Positions 26,976 to 40,422 of a DNA stretch of 64,000 bases are shown piece after piece. A program made the translations under genes and the position numbers. The stretch is from a virus, in IMG/VR virus record IMGVR_UViG_3300046665_000589, positions 29,508 through 93,507 of that record. The stretch is one strand, 5' to 3'. The notes beneath the pieces are model-generated. The model did not search any database and was not told the DNA's origin. It worked only from the letters and a program-made list of their open reading frames with translations. Position 1 is the first letter of the stretch, and the number at the start of each line of letters is the position of its first letter.

Positions 26976-29900
26976 CCCCGATGACCCAGGAAGAGTACAT
27001 ACGCGACCCCAACCAGTGCCCGCATTGCCACTCGCGCGACATCGAGGGCCGGTCGGGCCTCGACGCCGAGGCCGGCACGGCCTGGCAGGACATCGGCTGC
27101 CGCGACTGCGGCGAGAAGTGGCAGGACGAGTACAAGCTCGTCGGTTATGTGGACCTCGAATAAGGAGAACAACCATGCCCACTTTCGACATCAAGATCCC
27201 CGGCGGCGCCACCGTGGCCGTCGAGGGCCAGCCGTTCCGCGCCAACGTCAAGAACGCCCGCTTCGAGTTCTTCGTGCACCAGGCGCACGACAACCTGCTG
27301 CAGTGGTGCGTCTCGCACAGGAGTGGCGTGCTGATCACCACGGTCTCGCAGCAGCGCCTGCGCCTGAACCGCGGCGACCCGTTCGAAGCCGGCAAGGAGG
27401 CGCTCAACGAGTTCGTCGCCACCACCAACCAGGACGCGCTGGTCCAGGCACTGGCGCAGCTGGAAGACACCCTGAAACGGAGCCGGGCGTGAACGCCGCC
27501 TACCGCATCACCGACGACATGCTGGTCGACGCCACGAAGATCGACGACGTCAACGAGGCGCTGCGCAGCGTGATGGACCAGGTCGGCATCGACGAGGGCG
27601 GCGTGGCCGGCCGCGTGTTTTGCGGCGAGTTCGAAGAGGACTGGCCGACGGCGGACGCGCACTACCGGCTTGCGATGCTGCGCGAATGGCACGACGTCGA
27701 GAAGGTGCACAACCTGCCCTACCCACTGAATAAGGAACCATCATGATCATCTCCTTCCCCAACGACGGTCGCGGCCTGATCTACCACATCGTCGACCTGC
27801 ACGGCCAGACCGTGCACGCCTACCGCGACTTCGACGCCGCATGGTGTGCGCGCGAGGACGACCAACGTCTCTGCATCTACGACGAAGGCTGGAAGCGATG
27901 GCTGACCGACCCGCCGGCGCCGGACCGCGATATCGCGGAGACCGAGAAGCTGCTCCGCTGGCTGGGCAACAGCTACTACGGCGTCTACAAGATCGACGGC
28001 GGACAACTTGATCCGGCCGCGAAGTTCGCTGTGGCCGACACGCAGGACGACGAGGAGGGCTTCTACCTCGAAGGGCCTGACCTGCTCCAGCTGTGCCGTG
28101 ATGCTGTCAGCCATCTGGAGATCGCATGAACCGCGAACAAGCCCTCCCCTACGTCGCCTACGCCGTCGACGACGCGCTGTCCGAGCGCCGCGTCGACGAG
28201 ATGCCGGCCAATGCCCGCCTGGTCGGCTGGCAGTGCGGCGCCGAGCCGCTGTTCGTCGCCGTCTGGAGCTACCTGGGCGGCCGACTGGACGACGACGAGG
28301 CGACTGACCTTGCGATCGACCTACTGCTTGAGAAGAACTGGTTCGCCGCCCGCCAGTTCACTGAACCCGATTACATCCTCTGAAAGGAACCCACCATGAA
28401 CACCCCCGAAAAACTGGTGCTGCTGCACACCACCCTCGCCTTCGCCATGCCGGCCGACGCTGGCCTTGACGAAGTCTTCGACAGTGCCAACATGGCCCTG
28501 GTACCGCTGCAGCGCTGCGAAGGCGGCACCAACCTGATCGACTACGCGTTTGACGGCGAGCCGGTCGTCTCGCCGACGCCGGTCGAAGCCTGGACGCTCG
28601 CTACCGGCTTCACCGCCCCGGCGCCGCGCTACGAGGTACTGACTGCGATCGGCAACGGTTGGGAGAGCGTCTGGACCCAAGACGACAAGCCGCAGACCTT
28701 CGCCTCGCCGTGCGAGGCGCTGGCCGGCCTGCTGGGGCACATCGCCGGCCTGATTGAATCCAGCATGGACTTCAATCCGTGCGACTTCAAGATCGAGCCG
28801 GTCGGAGGTGCAGCATGAGCTTCTTCAACCCGAAAGACCCGGCCCGCGCCCTCGCTTTGTTGCTGAGCCTGATGGCGCGCCGGCCGGCACCACCGCCACC
28901 GCCTACGCCCGCACAGCTGGCCCGGCGCGAGCGTGCCGACGCCATCGCCGCCCACAACGCCGCCGTCGACGCCAAGCGTCGCGAGAAGCAGGCCGCCAAG
29001 CGCGCCAGGAAGGGTCGCTGATGGAAGATGAGATCCTCCCCGGCGACAAGATCGTCTTCATGAGCGGTTCCGAGCCGACGTCACGCGAGGTACTCGATGC
29101 GATGCTTGCGGCGAACTACCAGGTCGTGACGGTGCGCCCCGGCGTCCACGGCCGGACGCAAGGTGCCCTCGCACCGTACAAACCCACTAACCCCGAGCGC
29201 GACGCGTGGAACGCCGCCGTCGACGCCAAGAAGGCTGAAAAGAAAGCCAAGAAAGGACTGAAATGACACCAAACCAGCTGATCCTGCTGCTGCAGATTTA
29301 CCGCGGCACGGAAGACCGCGAGACGGACATCGGCTCGTACCCGAACGACCTGAAGTACCTCATCCACCAGGGCTACGTGCAAACGAACCGTGACCGGCAG
29401 TATGTCACGCCGCTGGCCAACATCTGGATTCGCGACCACGTTCTGAAGGAGCCACAATGACCATCCAAATTCTCGACGCCCTGCGCGCCGCCGTCGACGC
29501 CAAGGCCGCCTACTGGGACCGCATGCACGAACTCGAGGCCGCCCTCGGCTGCGAGGACCCGCCCGACAGGGTCAACAACCACCTGGTCGACTACGTCGAC
29601 GGTCTGGCCTTCAACGTGGATGTGCCGGGCGACGTTGAGTGGATCGACGGCGTCATGGCGGACGAGATGGAAGCCAAGGTGCGCGAACTGCAGGCCAGGG
29701 AGGGCAATCATGGATGACACCATCGCCGTCGACCGCGCCGCGTTACGCCAGGTGCTGGAAGCTCTGACCGGCCCGGGCTACTACATTCGCGAGCTGCAGG
29801 TCACCATGAGCCTGCCCGACAACCCGATCGCCAAGCTGGTCGAGCAGTTCAATGCGGTCATCGAACAGGAGGCAGGCAATGCTGATTAAACTTTCCGACG

Positions 29901-30609
29901 GCTGCGCCGTGGCGGCCGACCACATCGCCGAGGTGAGCGTTAAGGAGCACGACAGAGGTGTCACCGTGCGCATGAAGGACGGCATCGGCCATCACCTGGA
30001 CAACGATTACCGCAAGAGCAGCTGGGCCACGCAGGCCCGGCTGGTCAAGGAGATCAACGAGGTGCTGGAGGGCAAGCCCACATGATGTCCGAAGCTCGCT
30101 TCAGCCAGATCATCTCCGGCCAGACCGCGATTGCACAGAAGGTCTACGAGCACGTGCCGCTGCAGGAGCACTGGAGCGTCAAGGAAGTCTACGCCGCGGC
30201 GTCCAAGTCTGGCATGGTGATTGACGCGGGTGTGCTGCACGGCTGCCTGCGCGCCCTGACCGACTGCGGCCTGCTGCGTGAGAACCGGCTTGGCTTTAAG
30301 CGCGAAGGTGTGCGCAAAAAGGTCGAGCTGTCCAACCTCAAAGAGGCCATCCAGGCCCAACCCCAAACTCAAGAGACAAAACCCATGCCTAAACCGCAAG
30401 ACACCGGGGCCAGCGCCGTCGACACGCTCGGCAATCTCGCCCAGCGCCTCGCCGCGCTGGCGCAACGTCACCAGCAGGAAATGAAGGAGCTGGCCGACCT
30501 GGTCAGCGACGCCGCGATCGAGGTGCAGGCTCAGTTCGAGCGCCACGAGGCGGACGTGGCTGACTTGGGCAAGCTGCGCCAGCTGAAGGACCTGTTGAAG
30601 ACCATCTAA
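26972..30609 (+). other. Run of small hypothetical CDSs (26972-27163 Zn-ribbon, 27175-27492, 27489-27746, 27743-28129, 28126-28383, 28396-28818, 28815-29021, 29021-29266, 29263-29460, 29457-29717, 29710-29889, 29879-30085, 30082-30609)
   Basis: Coupled starts/stops and RBS motifs. Confidence 0.65.
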
Positions 30610-30619
30610 AGGAATTCGA

Positions 30620-31780
30620 ATGAAAACCCGCACCCACTCCTACACTACCTACGTTATTCCCGGCACCGAGATCGAGGTTGAGCTGCCGGTCCAGCCCTCA
30701 CCGATCATGGACTACCACGAGACGTTGGTCAAAATCACCGACGACACGATCGTGCTCGGCTACCTGGCGCACGACGGCGACTGCGCCAACCCGCTGGACG
30801 ACGACGGTGAGGGCCACATCTACGAGGCACGGCGCCATGGCAACACGCTGGGCAAATACTGCGATGCGCTCGGCCTGCGCCACGACGGCGGCGGGCCGGA
30901 CCTGGGCCTGGTCGACGAGGAGGCGGCGGTCGAAGAAGCCGTGCGCCGGATCCTTGCCGATCCAGGGGAGACGGCCAAGGCGCTGGAGCACTGCCGTAAC
31001 TACTGGGAGCAGCCGGACGGCCGCGGTGACGACCGCTTCATCGAAGACTGCCTCGATTCCCTCAACGAGCTGAATCCGGTTTTCGACGTCGACGCCCTGC
31101 TGCGTGAGATGTGGCAGGAAGGCCGCAAGAACGGCACGATCGGCAATCGCTATGCCATCATGCTCGACGTCTACGAGCACAGCGGCATCACCTTCAGACT
31201 GTCCGGCCAGGGCATGCAGTGTCAGTTCGACACGGCGCGCGGCGGCGCGGTGTGGGTGCCGGACAAGTACGCCGAGGATGAGATCAAGCGCCGTGGCGAG
31301 GTGTACCGGAAGGGCGATATCTTCCATGAGGGCCGTGCCGACTTCAACGTGCGTACCCTCAGTCCTGACACGCTCGTCTACGACGACGTCGTGCATCCGA
31401 CGTTCGGGCACTGGCACCAGGCCTGCGCATACCTCGAGGGCCTGGCGGCGACAAACCTGCGGGACCTTGCCACCGCCGAGCACATCGCCGCCCGCGAGCT
31501 GGCCAAGGATGCCGCCGAGCAGTACACCGACTGGTGCAACGGCAACTGCTTCGGCGTGGTCGTGGTCACCTACGACAAAGAAGGCAACGAGATCGAACAC
31601 GACAGCTGCTGGGGCTTCGTCGGCGACGACTATGCCTACGAGTCGCTGAAGAACGACTACTTTCCGAAGGAAGACCCAGAGTGCGCGAAAGGCCTGCACT
31701 CCTGGATCGGCGAGACCGGCAAGCTGCCGCCCGACACGCGCTGCACCCGCTGCGGCGAGCCCTACGGCAATCCTGATTGA
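30620..31780 (+). CDS. Acidic hypothetical protein
   Basis: 386 aa, AAGGA RBS; LDVYEHSG and DSCWGFVG motifs; C-terminal Cys/His cluster. Confidence 0.7.
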   Translation: MKTRTHSYTTYVIPGTEIEVELPVQPSPIMDYHETLVKITDDTIVLGYLAHDGDCANPLDDDGEGHIYEARRHGNTLGKYCDALGLRHDGGGPDLGLVDEEAAVEEAVRRILADPGETAKALEHCRNYWEQPDGRGDDRFIEDCLDSLNELNPVFDVDALLREMWQEGRKNGTIGNRYAIMLDVYEHSGITFRLSGQGMQCQFDTARGGAVWVPDKYAEDEIKRRGEVYRKGDIFHEGRADFNVRTLSPDTLVYDDVVHPTFGHWHQACAYLEGLAATNLRDLATAEHIAARELAKDAAEQYTDWCNGNCFGVVVVTYDKEGNEIEHDSCWGFVGDDYAYESLKNDYFPKEDPECAKGLHSWIGETGKLPPDTRCTRCGEPYGNPD

Positions 31781-31789
31781 AGGACTGAC

Positions 31790-33793
31790 ATGATCCCACC
31801 CAATCTGCAGCACTACGAGGTTGGCGCCTACCTGCAGGCTGTCGGGCTGGTGATGCGCCGATACGACCTGTGCGCTGACGCCGCAGTCCAGCAGCCGACT
31901 GTCGACCTGGTGCCGGCAATGTCTGATACCGGCATCGACGCCAAGCGCGCCGAGGAGATCGCCACCAGCCTGACACTGGCCGAGGCGATCGAGTTCATCG
32001 AACCCCGCTTCACGGAGGTCTGACATGGCCTACGTCCGCAAGACCCGCGACGAGTACGAAATCGAGCAGAAGACCTGCCAGGGCTGGGAGGTCGTCTGCA
32101 GCGAAGACGACCCGGCCGAGGCGCGCCAGCGCCGCAAGGAGTACCGCGAGAACCAGCCCGAGTACCCGGTGCGCATCAAGAAGCGCCGGGTGAAAATCAA
32201 CCAGCAAGGAGCCTGACATGCAACGTCTGACCCAAGAAGAAGCCCGCGCCCAGGGCTACACCATCGACACCACTATCTACCCGCACGTCGCCTATAAGGG
32301 ACCGCGCTTCGCGCCAACCGTGTACTGCAACTGTTACACGGACCTCGAGGCCGACCTGCTCGCCCTGCGTGACGCGGTCGAGAAGCTGATCAAGGCCAAG
32401 GGCCGCTTCCACACCGAGCAAAACTACGCCGCGCTGGTTGCCGCCTTCGACAAGGTGAAGCCATGAACGACATCTGGGCACCCAAGATGCACGCAGGTTT
32501 CGCCTGCACCAAGATCCCGTACAAGGGCTACGAGATCAGCATCGCGATGAACGACAGCTGCGGCGCGTTCGACTACTACGGACGCGCCAACATCGCGGTG
32601 TACCAGGGCGACGACAACGTCGCCGTCACCCTGTTCGGTGCCGATCCTGAGCGCGGCACGCTGCCGGCCGACGCCGAAACCCTGAAGGCAATCTTCCACA
32701 AAATCGACATGCTGGAGAAACCATGAACGACCCCTACAATCCCTACACCATTTCCCTCGATGACGGCAAGTATACCGTCATCAACGACAACGGCCTGCTG
32801 ACCCTGCGCCGGCACGGTGAGGACTGGCCGGGCGGCGATAAGCTGCGCTACAGCAAGCTCGTGCTCGCGATGGCTCAGCGCATCGAGGAGCTCGAGATCG
32901 CGATCAAGTCCGTGATCGACGGCACGTTGGATAGCCGCGGTCAGCGCGAGGCGGACGGCCTCCGTTCGTACGGCACGCAGTCGCTGGACATCCCGCTGCG
33001 TTGCTGGGAGAGCCAGCTGCGCAAAGTGCTGGAGCAGAAGCCATGACCACCAAAATCCCCAAGGCCGTGCTGCGCCGCGCCGTCGAGGCGCTGCGCCACA
33101 GCGCCCGCGCCTATGCCGGCCTGAGCCAGGCGCCGTATCTCTTCACCGCCGAAGAGACCCAGGAATGGGCAGACGCCAACACCATCGCCCGCGCGCTGCG
33201 CGCTGCCGGCGACACCGACATCGAAGTGGAGGAGCCATGACCTACAAAGAAGGAGACCAGCTGACCGTCTGGGAAGTCAAGCACACCCGCACCGACTGCC
33301 AGATCGTGCAGGTGACCGGCAAGGTCGGCCTGGTCGACGCGCAGCTGCAGCGCCTCGAAGTGCACGTGCCGCGCCGGCGCCGACAGCTGTTCGTCAGTCT
33401 GTCGGCGGACCGGCCCAAGCACCACTGCGCCAACGCGTTCCTGTCGTTCGGTGGAGCCAAGCAGGAAGCCTTGCGCCTGCTGGCCTGCTCCGAGCACAAC
33501 CTCAAGGACGACCTGCGTCAGATCGCCGAGGCGCGCAAGATCATCGAGAACCTGAAAGGACCAGCATGAACCAATCCTACGAATTCAGCCTCTGGCTGCG
33601 CGTGCTTGACCCCGAGAAGCTGCTGGCCGCCGCGCTGGCCCACCCGGACGCCGCAGGCGACACGCGCGACGACTACCTCGACGAGGGCGGTGAGATCGAC
33701 ACCAACGCGTGCCTGGTCATGCTGCTCGATCCTGGCACCCTGCCGGGCTGCGAGATTCTCGACTCCGGCGCGCACTTTGGAGGCGAGGCATGA
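31790..33793 (+). other. Run of small hypothetical CDSs (31790-32023, 32025-32216, 32218-32466, 32463-32726, 32723-33046, 33043-33240, 33237-33569, 33566-33793)
   Basis: Coupled starts/stops. Confidence 0.65.
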
Positions 33794-34374
33794 CCATCAT
33801 CAGCATGCGCCGCGCCGGCTTCCTCGACCGCAAGGAGAAGTTCGAGGCGTGGTTGACGGAAGCCGGCGCCGAGGTGCTGACCTGCACCAACGAGTGGGAG
33901 CTGTGCCGCTTCCGCTGCGGCAGCGGCACCTCGATCGTGTACACCAACAAGCGCCACGAGCTTACCTACGTGGGCCAAGCGAGTACCGCGTTCGCCAGCT
34001 TCCTCGGCGCCAAGCGCTGGCGCGCCGCGCCGCGCACCAACCGCACCACCAAGTCCAACCCGACCTGCGCCACCTTGCGCCAGCGCGACGGCGACAACTG
34101 CTTCTACTGCCACCTGCCAGTGGCCGTCGAGGACGAGTCGGTCGAGCACTTGGTGGCGCTGACGCACGGCGGCCCGGATCACATCGCCAACATGGCGCTG
34201 GCCCACAAGTTGTGCAACCGCGAGGCCGGGCACCTGGCACTGATGGAGAAGATCCGCTTCCGCGAGATATGCTGGCGGCGCCTGCATACGTCCGGCACCG
34301 TCGCCAGCTTGGTGCTGCCTGGCGTTGGCGAATTCGAAACCACCGATAACAGCCCACCCTGGGAGACCACATGA
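33790..34374 (+). CDS. HNH endonuclease
   Basis: RDGDNCFYC...SVEHLVALTHGGPDHIANMALAHKLCN. Confidence 0.85.
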   Translation: MTIISMRRAGFLDRKEKFEAWLTEAGAEVLTCTNEWELCRFRCGSGTSIVYTNKRHELTYVGQASTAFASFLGAKRWRAAPRTNRTTKSNPTCATLRQRDGDNCFYCHLPVAVEDESVEHLVALTHGGPDHIANMALAHKLCNREAGHLALMEKIRFREICWRRLHTSGTVASLVLPGVGEFETTDNSPPWETT

Positions 34375-35396
34375 AAGGCTACCGCTTTTACGCCGAGATG
34401 CCGGGCATACGCAGCAGCAAGTCGGCCAGCAAACATTGGTCGGCCTTCACCCGCGAACTGCTGCAGCAGCAAGCCGCCCGCGGCTGGCACAACAACGTGA
34501 TCGCCGTGCTGCTGGGCGAAGACGGCCAGCCGCTGTGGTGCGGCAAGGATCGCAACCAGATGGACGCGTTCGTCGCCGTCAGCGGCCGCTCCAACTCGCC
34601 GGTCGAGCTTGGCGTCCCGTCGGAAGACTACCTGCGCAAGCGGTGCGTCCGGATCGACGCCGGTCTGGCCAAGAAGCTCCACCCCAACCTGTTTGCCTAC
34701 CTGGAGAAGAGCACATGAGCCCCGACCACATCGACACCTTCACCCGCCACTACCTGATCGCCGCGCTGTGGTCGAGCAGCGACGGCGACATCGAGAGCCT
34801 CGACAAGTACGGCCTGGAAGACCTTGCGCCCGAAGCGGTCGCCAAGGCCTACGAGGACTGCCTGGCATTCCAGGTCGCCAACGCCGACCTGCTGCGGCAG
34901 GCCTACCGCTTCTACAGCGAGAGCGGCATGGCCAACCACCCCGACGCCGGCAGCCCGCAAGCCTGCGCCGGCCACGACTTCTGGCTGACGCGCAACCACC
35001 ACGGCGTGGGCTTCTGGGACCGCGGCATGGGCGAGCTGGGCGACCGGCTGACAGCCGCGGCGAACACCTTCCCCGAGATCAGCCTGTACGTCGGCGACGA
35101 CGGCAAAATCTACGCCATGTGAAAGGCCCTTCATGAAAATTTCCCGCGGCTTTGTGGCCGTCCAGCCAGATGGTCAGTTCCTCTACATCAGCAGTCACCA
35201 GACGCACACCGGCCACCACGTAGACGTGTCGCCCGTCGGCGACATCGACGACGCCTCGGTGCGCAACCAGCCGGCGGCGCGCGACCGCAAGGAAGCAGCA
35301 GCCCTGCGTCGGCTGGGCGTCACCTGGGTGCCGGTCGAAGTGCGCCGTGAAGTTATCCTGCAGGGTTACGGCACTATCAAGGAGAGTACGAAATGA
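34371..35396 (+). other. Hypothetical CDSs 34371-34718, 34715-35122 (GHDFWLTRNHHGVGFWD motif) and 35133-35396
   Basis: Coupled starts/stops. Confidence 0.65.
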
Positions 35397-35743
35397 AAAA
35401 GCGCTACACCATCCGCTACGCCTGGGACTTCGACATGGTGGTCACGATCGACCACGACGTGGTGACCGACGAGAAGCTCCACGAACTCAACAACTTCTGG
35501 TCCGGCGCCGCAGAGCGCCTGGCCGACGCAAACCACGACGTCCTGAAGGCCGTGCTCACCACGCTGGCCATGAAGGCCTTTCGCATGACGATCACCGACC
35601 TCGACCCGGAAGGGCAGCTGCGCCGCGGCGAGGTCGAAGGCTGGCCGCCGCTGGACGGCTCGGAAGGTATCCAGCTGGTCCAACTCGACTATTTCGAACT
35701 GGACCAGGACGAAGTTTTCATTACATACGTCGAGGAGGTTTAA
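35393..35743 (+). CDS. DUF2528-like phage protein
   Basis: IDHDVVTDEKLHELNNFWS...EGWPPLDGS. Confidence 0.55.
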   Translation: MKKRYTIRYAWDFDMVVTIDHDVVTDEKLHELNNFWSGAAERLADANHDVLKAVLTTLAMKAFRMTITDLDPEGQLRRGEVEGWPPLDGSEGIQLVQLDYFELDQDEVFITYVEEV

Positions 35744-35744
35744 C

Positions 35745-38700
35745 ATGCCCACCACCACCGAATGGACCAGCCCCGAGCTGTTCATGACGCATAACGGCGT
35801 CAACGTCTTCCACGCCTACAACGACGACGACATGGACGCTGGCCAGCTGTACTACTGGTACACCCTCGTCGCTACCGAGGACGGTCACGCGTTCGATGTG
35901 CGTGACCTCGACGTGCCGTCCACCAGGCACGTCGAGCTCGGCGACACGGAAAGCATCCGGCAGGCCCTGCGCGAAGCGATCGACGCCGGCCTGCTCGATG
36001 CGTGCATGCCTTTCGACCCGCGGGACAACACCGACCCGGAGGCGTTTGCGCCGGGCGTCTACCACGTGCTGGTCGAGGTGCGCGGTCCGGCCACGCTGCT
36101 GCCGGGTGAAGCGCTCGCGATCGTCAACGAGATGGTCAGCGAGGGCGAGCAGCAGGCCCAGGAAAACCTCGGCAATGGCGGCGTTGGCGGCCGGGACTAT
36201 CTGGTCACCATCTGCAAATTCTCGGTGACGCTGCCATGAACATCCCGATGCTCGAGAAGTACGTCGACGAGGCGGTCGGCGTCTGGATCATCTTTGGCGA
36301 GGGCGCCGACGACATGGTCGACGTGGCCGACCAGACGCGCGACGTGTTCGCGGGGCTGCCGCGCGACGTCGCCGAGAAGGTGGTCGAGCTGCAGTCCGAG
36401 TTCCGCGATAAGCTGTACGCACTGCTGTGCGATTTCGGAGACCGGTCGTGAGGCCCGTCCTGAAGACTGGCGCCCAGGCTTACTGGGACGCCCCGAACCT
36501 TGGGCTGGTGGCCTGCATCGTGACCAGCGTCACGGCCAGCTGCATCCGGGCCCGGGTGACCACCGGCGCCGGCCCGTACCGCCCCGGGCATCCGCTCACC
36601 TGCCTGAACAAGGGTGAGCACAGCGCGATCGTGCCGGCCGAGGCGGTGCAGGTGCACAGCACCTGTGCGAGCGTGCTGCGCTTTACCGTGGAGATTGACC
36701 CGTGAAATTCAAGGAGTTGTATCAGAAGCTGCGCGCCCAGCTGTACTTCGAGCTGGAGACGTTTGCGCGCAGCTACCAATCCGCCTGGACCACGATGAGC
36801 CCGCTCGAGCGGGACAAGCTCGTGGACCAGCGCATCAACGAAATGACCAACACCGAGCTGCTCGAGCGGCTTGGGCAACTGGAGGAAATGCCATGATCCT
36901 CACCCGAGTGCATGCCAACTATTGGGCTGAGCGGCGCGGCCCGGCGGCGCTGCGTCAGTACGCGCAGAAGACCTCCATCGACGATGTGGTGAACGCCCAT
37001 GTACCGAAGCTCAAACGCGCGCACGACACTGAGCCGCACACCACGGTGAGCTTGCTGCGCTCGATGCGAAAGCGTGGCGAGGACATCGGCTTCATACTGG
37101 AGCGCGCAGCCTGGGGTATTCCCGGGGAGCGGGTGCCTGACGAGATATTCGGCTGGCAGCGCATCGACCGCCGAATCGCGTTCTGCCGCAGATGGGCGGC
37201 CAAAATTCTGAAAGGGAGACAACCATGATTACCGTTGAAGAGCTTGTGCAAAGGGAAGTCATTTACTGTGTCAGTTACCTCGTGTCCGACCTGCTCACGC
37301 TGTACAGCGCGGTGCCGTCCAGCGTGCAGAAGGAGACCGGCACCGACTACGACGAGCTGCTAAACCTGTGCAGCCAGGACGACTGGGAAGCCGCGGTCGA
37401 CACCTACATCGACAACATGGACCGCGGCGAGCTGGTCGAGGCGCTGGAGGCGGCCGGCGTCGAGGACGAGCGGAGCCAAGCCGACATTACGCTGGCCGAG
37501 GTGGAGGACCTCGAAAACGGCTTCAGCGCCGAGGCGCGTCCGTGGCCAGGCCTGCACGAGAAGACCCTGCGCGCCAAGCTGCTCGACCACCTGCGCGAGG
37601 AGGACGAGCTCGAGGACTTCGCCCGCGAGCACAACCTCGACCCGGAGCGCAACGAGGTGTACGAGCACTGGATCGTAACCCGCTGGTTTGCCGACAAGCT
37701 GGAAGAAAAGGGCGAGGTGGTCGGGCGCGACATCTGCGGCATCGGCGCCATCTGGGGCCGCACCACCACCGGCCAGGCGATCAGCATGGATTGGGTGATC
37801 CAGCAGATCCACAAGGATCTGGTGGGGGACAACTCATGATGACCGACACCACCCTGCGCCGCTTTTCGGCGCCCGCCCACTGCATGGACGCCGACTTCTG
37901 CAACGAGCTCAAGCGCCTCGGCTGCCGCGTGGCCGACGCCAGCGAGGCACCCTGGAACGTCACGTTCGAAGGCCCCGCGGCCGCGCTGCGCCAGCTGTAC
38001 GACGAGAACTGGGCCGACGGCGGCTGGCCCGGCTTCGACCCGGAGGCGTCGTGAGCGCCCCACTCCCCGACCGGGCACTGCTCGCCACGATCGAGCTGGT
38101 CGTTGTGCTGTCCATCGGCAGCGCCGCCGCGATCCTGCTGGGCGTCACCGGCCTGCTGCTGACCCTTGCGCTGCTGTCGCAGGCGTGGCAATTGGCGGCG
38201 TTCACCCTGCTGTTCTTTGGCCTGACAGTCTGGGCAGAGATCGCACTGTGCCGCTGGTACGCCCACTGGCTCTGGCTGATCTGCATCGAGCTGACCGCTG
38301 CCGGTGTCTGGCTCATCTGGCTTTCCCATCAACCCTTTAACCTTCTGGAGAAACTATGAAAATTCAACACATCATCCTCGGCACCTGCGAACACGTGCTG
38401 GTCGTCGACGGCGTGCGTGGGCCGCTGTCGCACGGCGACCTGGCCTGGCACCCGGCCGGCGTCGTCGCGATCATGGACAAGAACTATAGCTACGCTGTGC
38501 CCGCGGACGCGAAGGGCAAGGTGTTCGTGCTGGCGCCGGAAGCGGATGTCGAACGCATCGAAGACCTGGCCTGCGAGGCTAAGAACGAAGCGTGGCAGCA
38601 CTTCACCGAGGTGGCCGACGCTTGCGTGCAGGTCAAGCTGGCGCGCTACGGCGTGGCGCCGGAGGAAGCCAAATGACCGAGCCTGTCAAATCCGACTACG

Positions 38701-40368
38701 CCGACCTGCTCAACGCCCTGGTCGACATGCAGGGCAGTCCGGCGTACGCGCTGCGCCGGCGCGTGCTGGAGCGCGCCGAGAGCGTGATCATCGGCCTGGA
38801 GCAGGAGAATCGCCAGCTCAAGGCGCTGCTCGAGAAGGAGAAGGCCGAACCGCTGAAGACGACCATCGACGGGTACGAGGTCGAGATGATGGACTGCGAC
38901 GGCTGTATGGGCTGTTTCGTGTCGAGCGAGCAGCACCACGCTGCGGCAGGCCTGGCCTCACTCGTGGCTGAAGGCGTGCTAACGCCGTACAACGGCGCCC
39001 ACGGTGCCGACCACCCAGTGGCGTCGGCCACCATCGACCGTATCGTGGAGTGGGCGACCGCCCACGGCTACTGAAAGGAGACCAAATGAAAACCTACAAT
39101 CGCCACCGCACCTCGGCCGAGGTGCTGGCCGCGTCCAGGGCGCAAAACATCCTGGTCGATACGGAGCGGTTCGACCAGGGCTGGGATCATCTGCTGCTGT
39201 TCATGCCGGGACCGAATGGCCTGCGCTGCCCGGTGCTGTACAACGTGTGCAACGGCCGCTTCTTCTGCGCCAGCGAAGGCTACCCGCAGTTCAGTTCTGA
39301 CCAGGCCCAGTACGACGGCCAGCCCTGGTTCGACGCACTGCTCGACTTCTTTTACACCAACGAGGACCTGCCAAAATGAAACCACCCTTTGCCTTACCTG
39401 TACGCATGGATGGCGGCATGCTTGTTGCCGCTGACTGCGAGCTGATCACCTCGATGCATGACGCCACCGCGGAAGAGTGTGCTTACATCGTCAAGGCGAT
39501 CAACGCTTACCCGCTGCTGGTCGCGCTGCGCGGCTGCTGCGAGCTGAATCTGGATGAAGGTGTCGAGCCGGCGACGATCGCACTGCTCGACCGGATCGAC
39601 GAGGTGATCTGATGAGCAAAACGATCTGGAAATTCCCGCTGTCCCTGGTCGACCAACAAGTGATCGAACTGCGCCAGGGCGCCCACGTACTGTCCGTCGG
39701 CCTCGACTCGCAGAGCGACCTGTGCCTGTGGGCGCATCTCGATCCGCACGAAGGACCCCTGACCGCCAAGGTGCGCATCGTCGGCACCGGCCGCCCGGCC
39801 GAAGGCCTGGAGCGCTACCGTTTCCTCGGCAGCGTCCTGCAGGGGTCGTTCGTCTGGCACGTGTTCGTGGAGGGCGTATGAGCCGCGAGCAATTCGAGCA
39901 GGTGCTCAAGCTGGTGCCGAGCGACGACCGCGGCGTCTACTGGTTCGGCCTGCAGCGCTTCACCAACGGCAAGGTCGTCACCACCCGCAAAGGTACGGTC
40001 AAGGTACCGCTCGAGCTGAATCTTGCCGACCTGACCGACCGACCGAACGCCGACCTGCGCGACGTGTTCATGCCGACGGCCGCCGACAACACCAAGCTGG
40101 TACCGCTGATCGTGTTCGTCGACCCTGAGAAGTTCCTTGCCACCCAGCCCAAGGAGCCTGAATGACCAAGCCCAAAATCTCCACCGTCGTCCGGGCCCAG
40201 GTCACGCTCGACATCTACGTTGGCACCTGGGGCGGCAACTCCAATTTCGTCGACCTGCACGAGACGGCGCAGCGCGAGGCGCTTCAGCAGCTGACGCACA
40301 AGCTTGGACACGGCTTGAAAGTGGTCGGCAAGCCGAAGATCGAGTTCGTCACCCACACCGAGAAATAG
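35745..40368 (+). other. Run of small hypothetical CDSs (35745-36239, 36236-36451, 36448-36705, 36702-36896, 36893-37228, 37225-37839 acidic, 37836-38054, 38051-38359 membrane, 38356-38676, 38673-39074, 39086-39379, 39376-39612, 39612-39881, 39878-40165, 40162-40368)
   Basis: Coupled starts/stops and RBS motifs. Confidence 0.65.
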
Positions 40369-40422
40369 CAAACTCTTGCGCTTTTGGCGTATAGTAGTTG
40401 CCTACCGCCAAGGAGAAATTTT

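Noticed and set aside
34715-35122. Named anti-CRISPR assignment for the GHDFWLTRN protein
   Set aside because: The motif looks conserved but I cannot tie it reliably to a characterised family without a search
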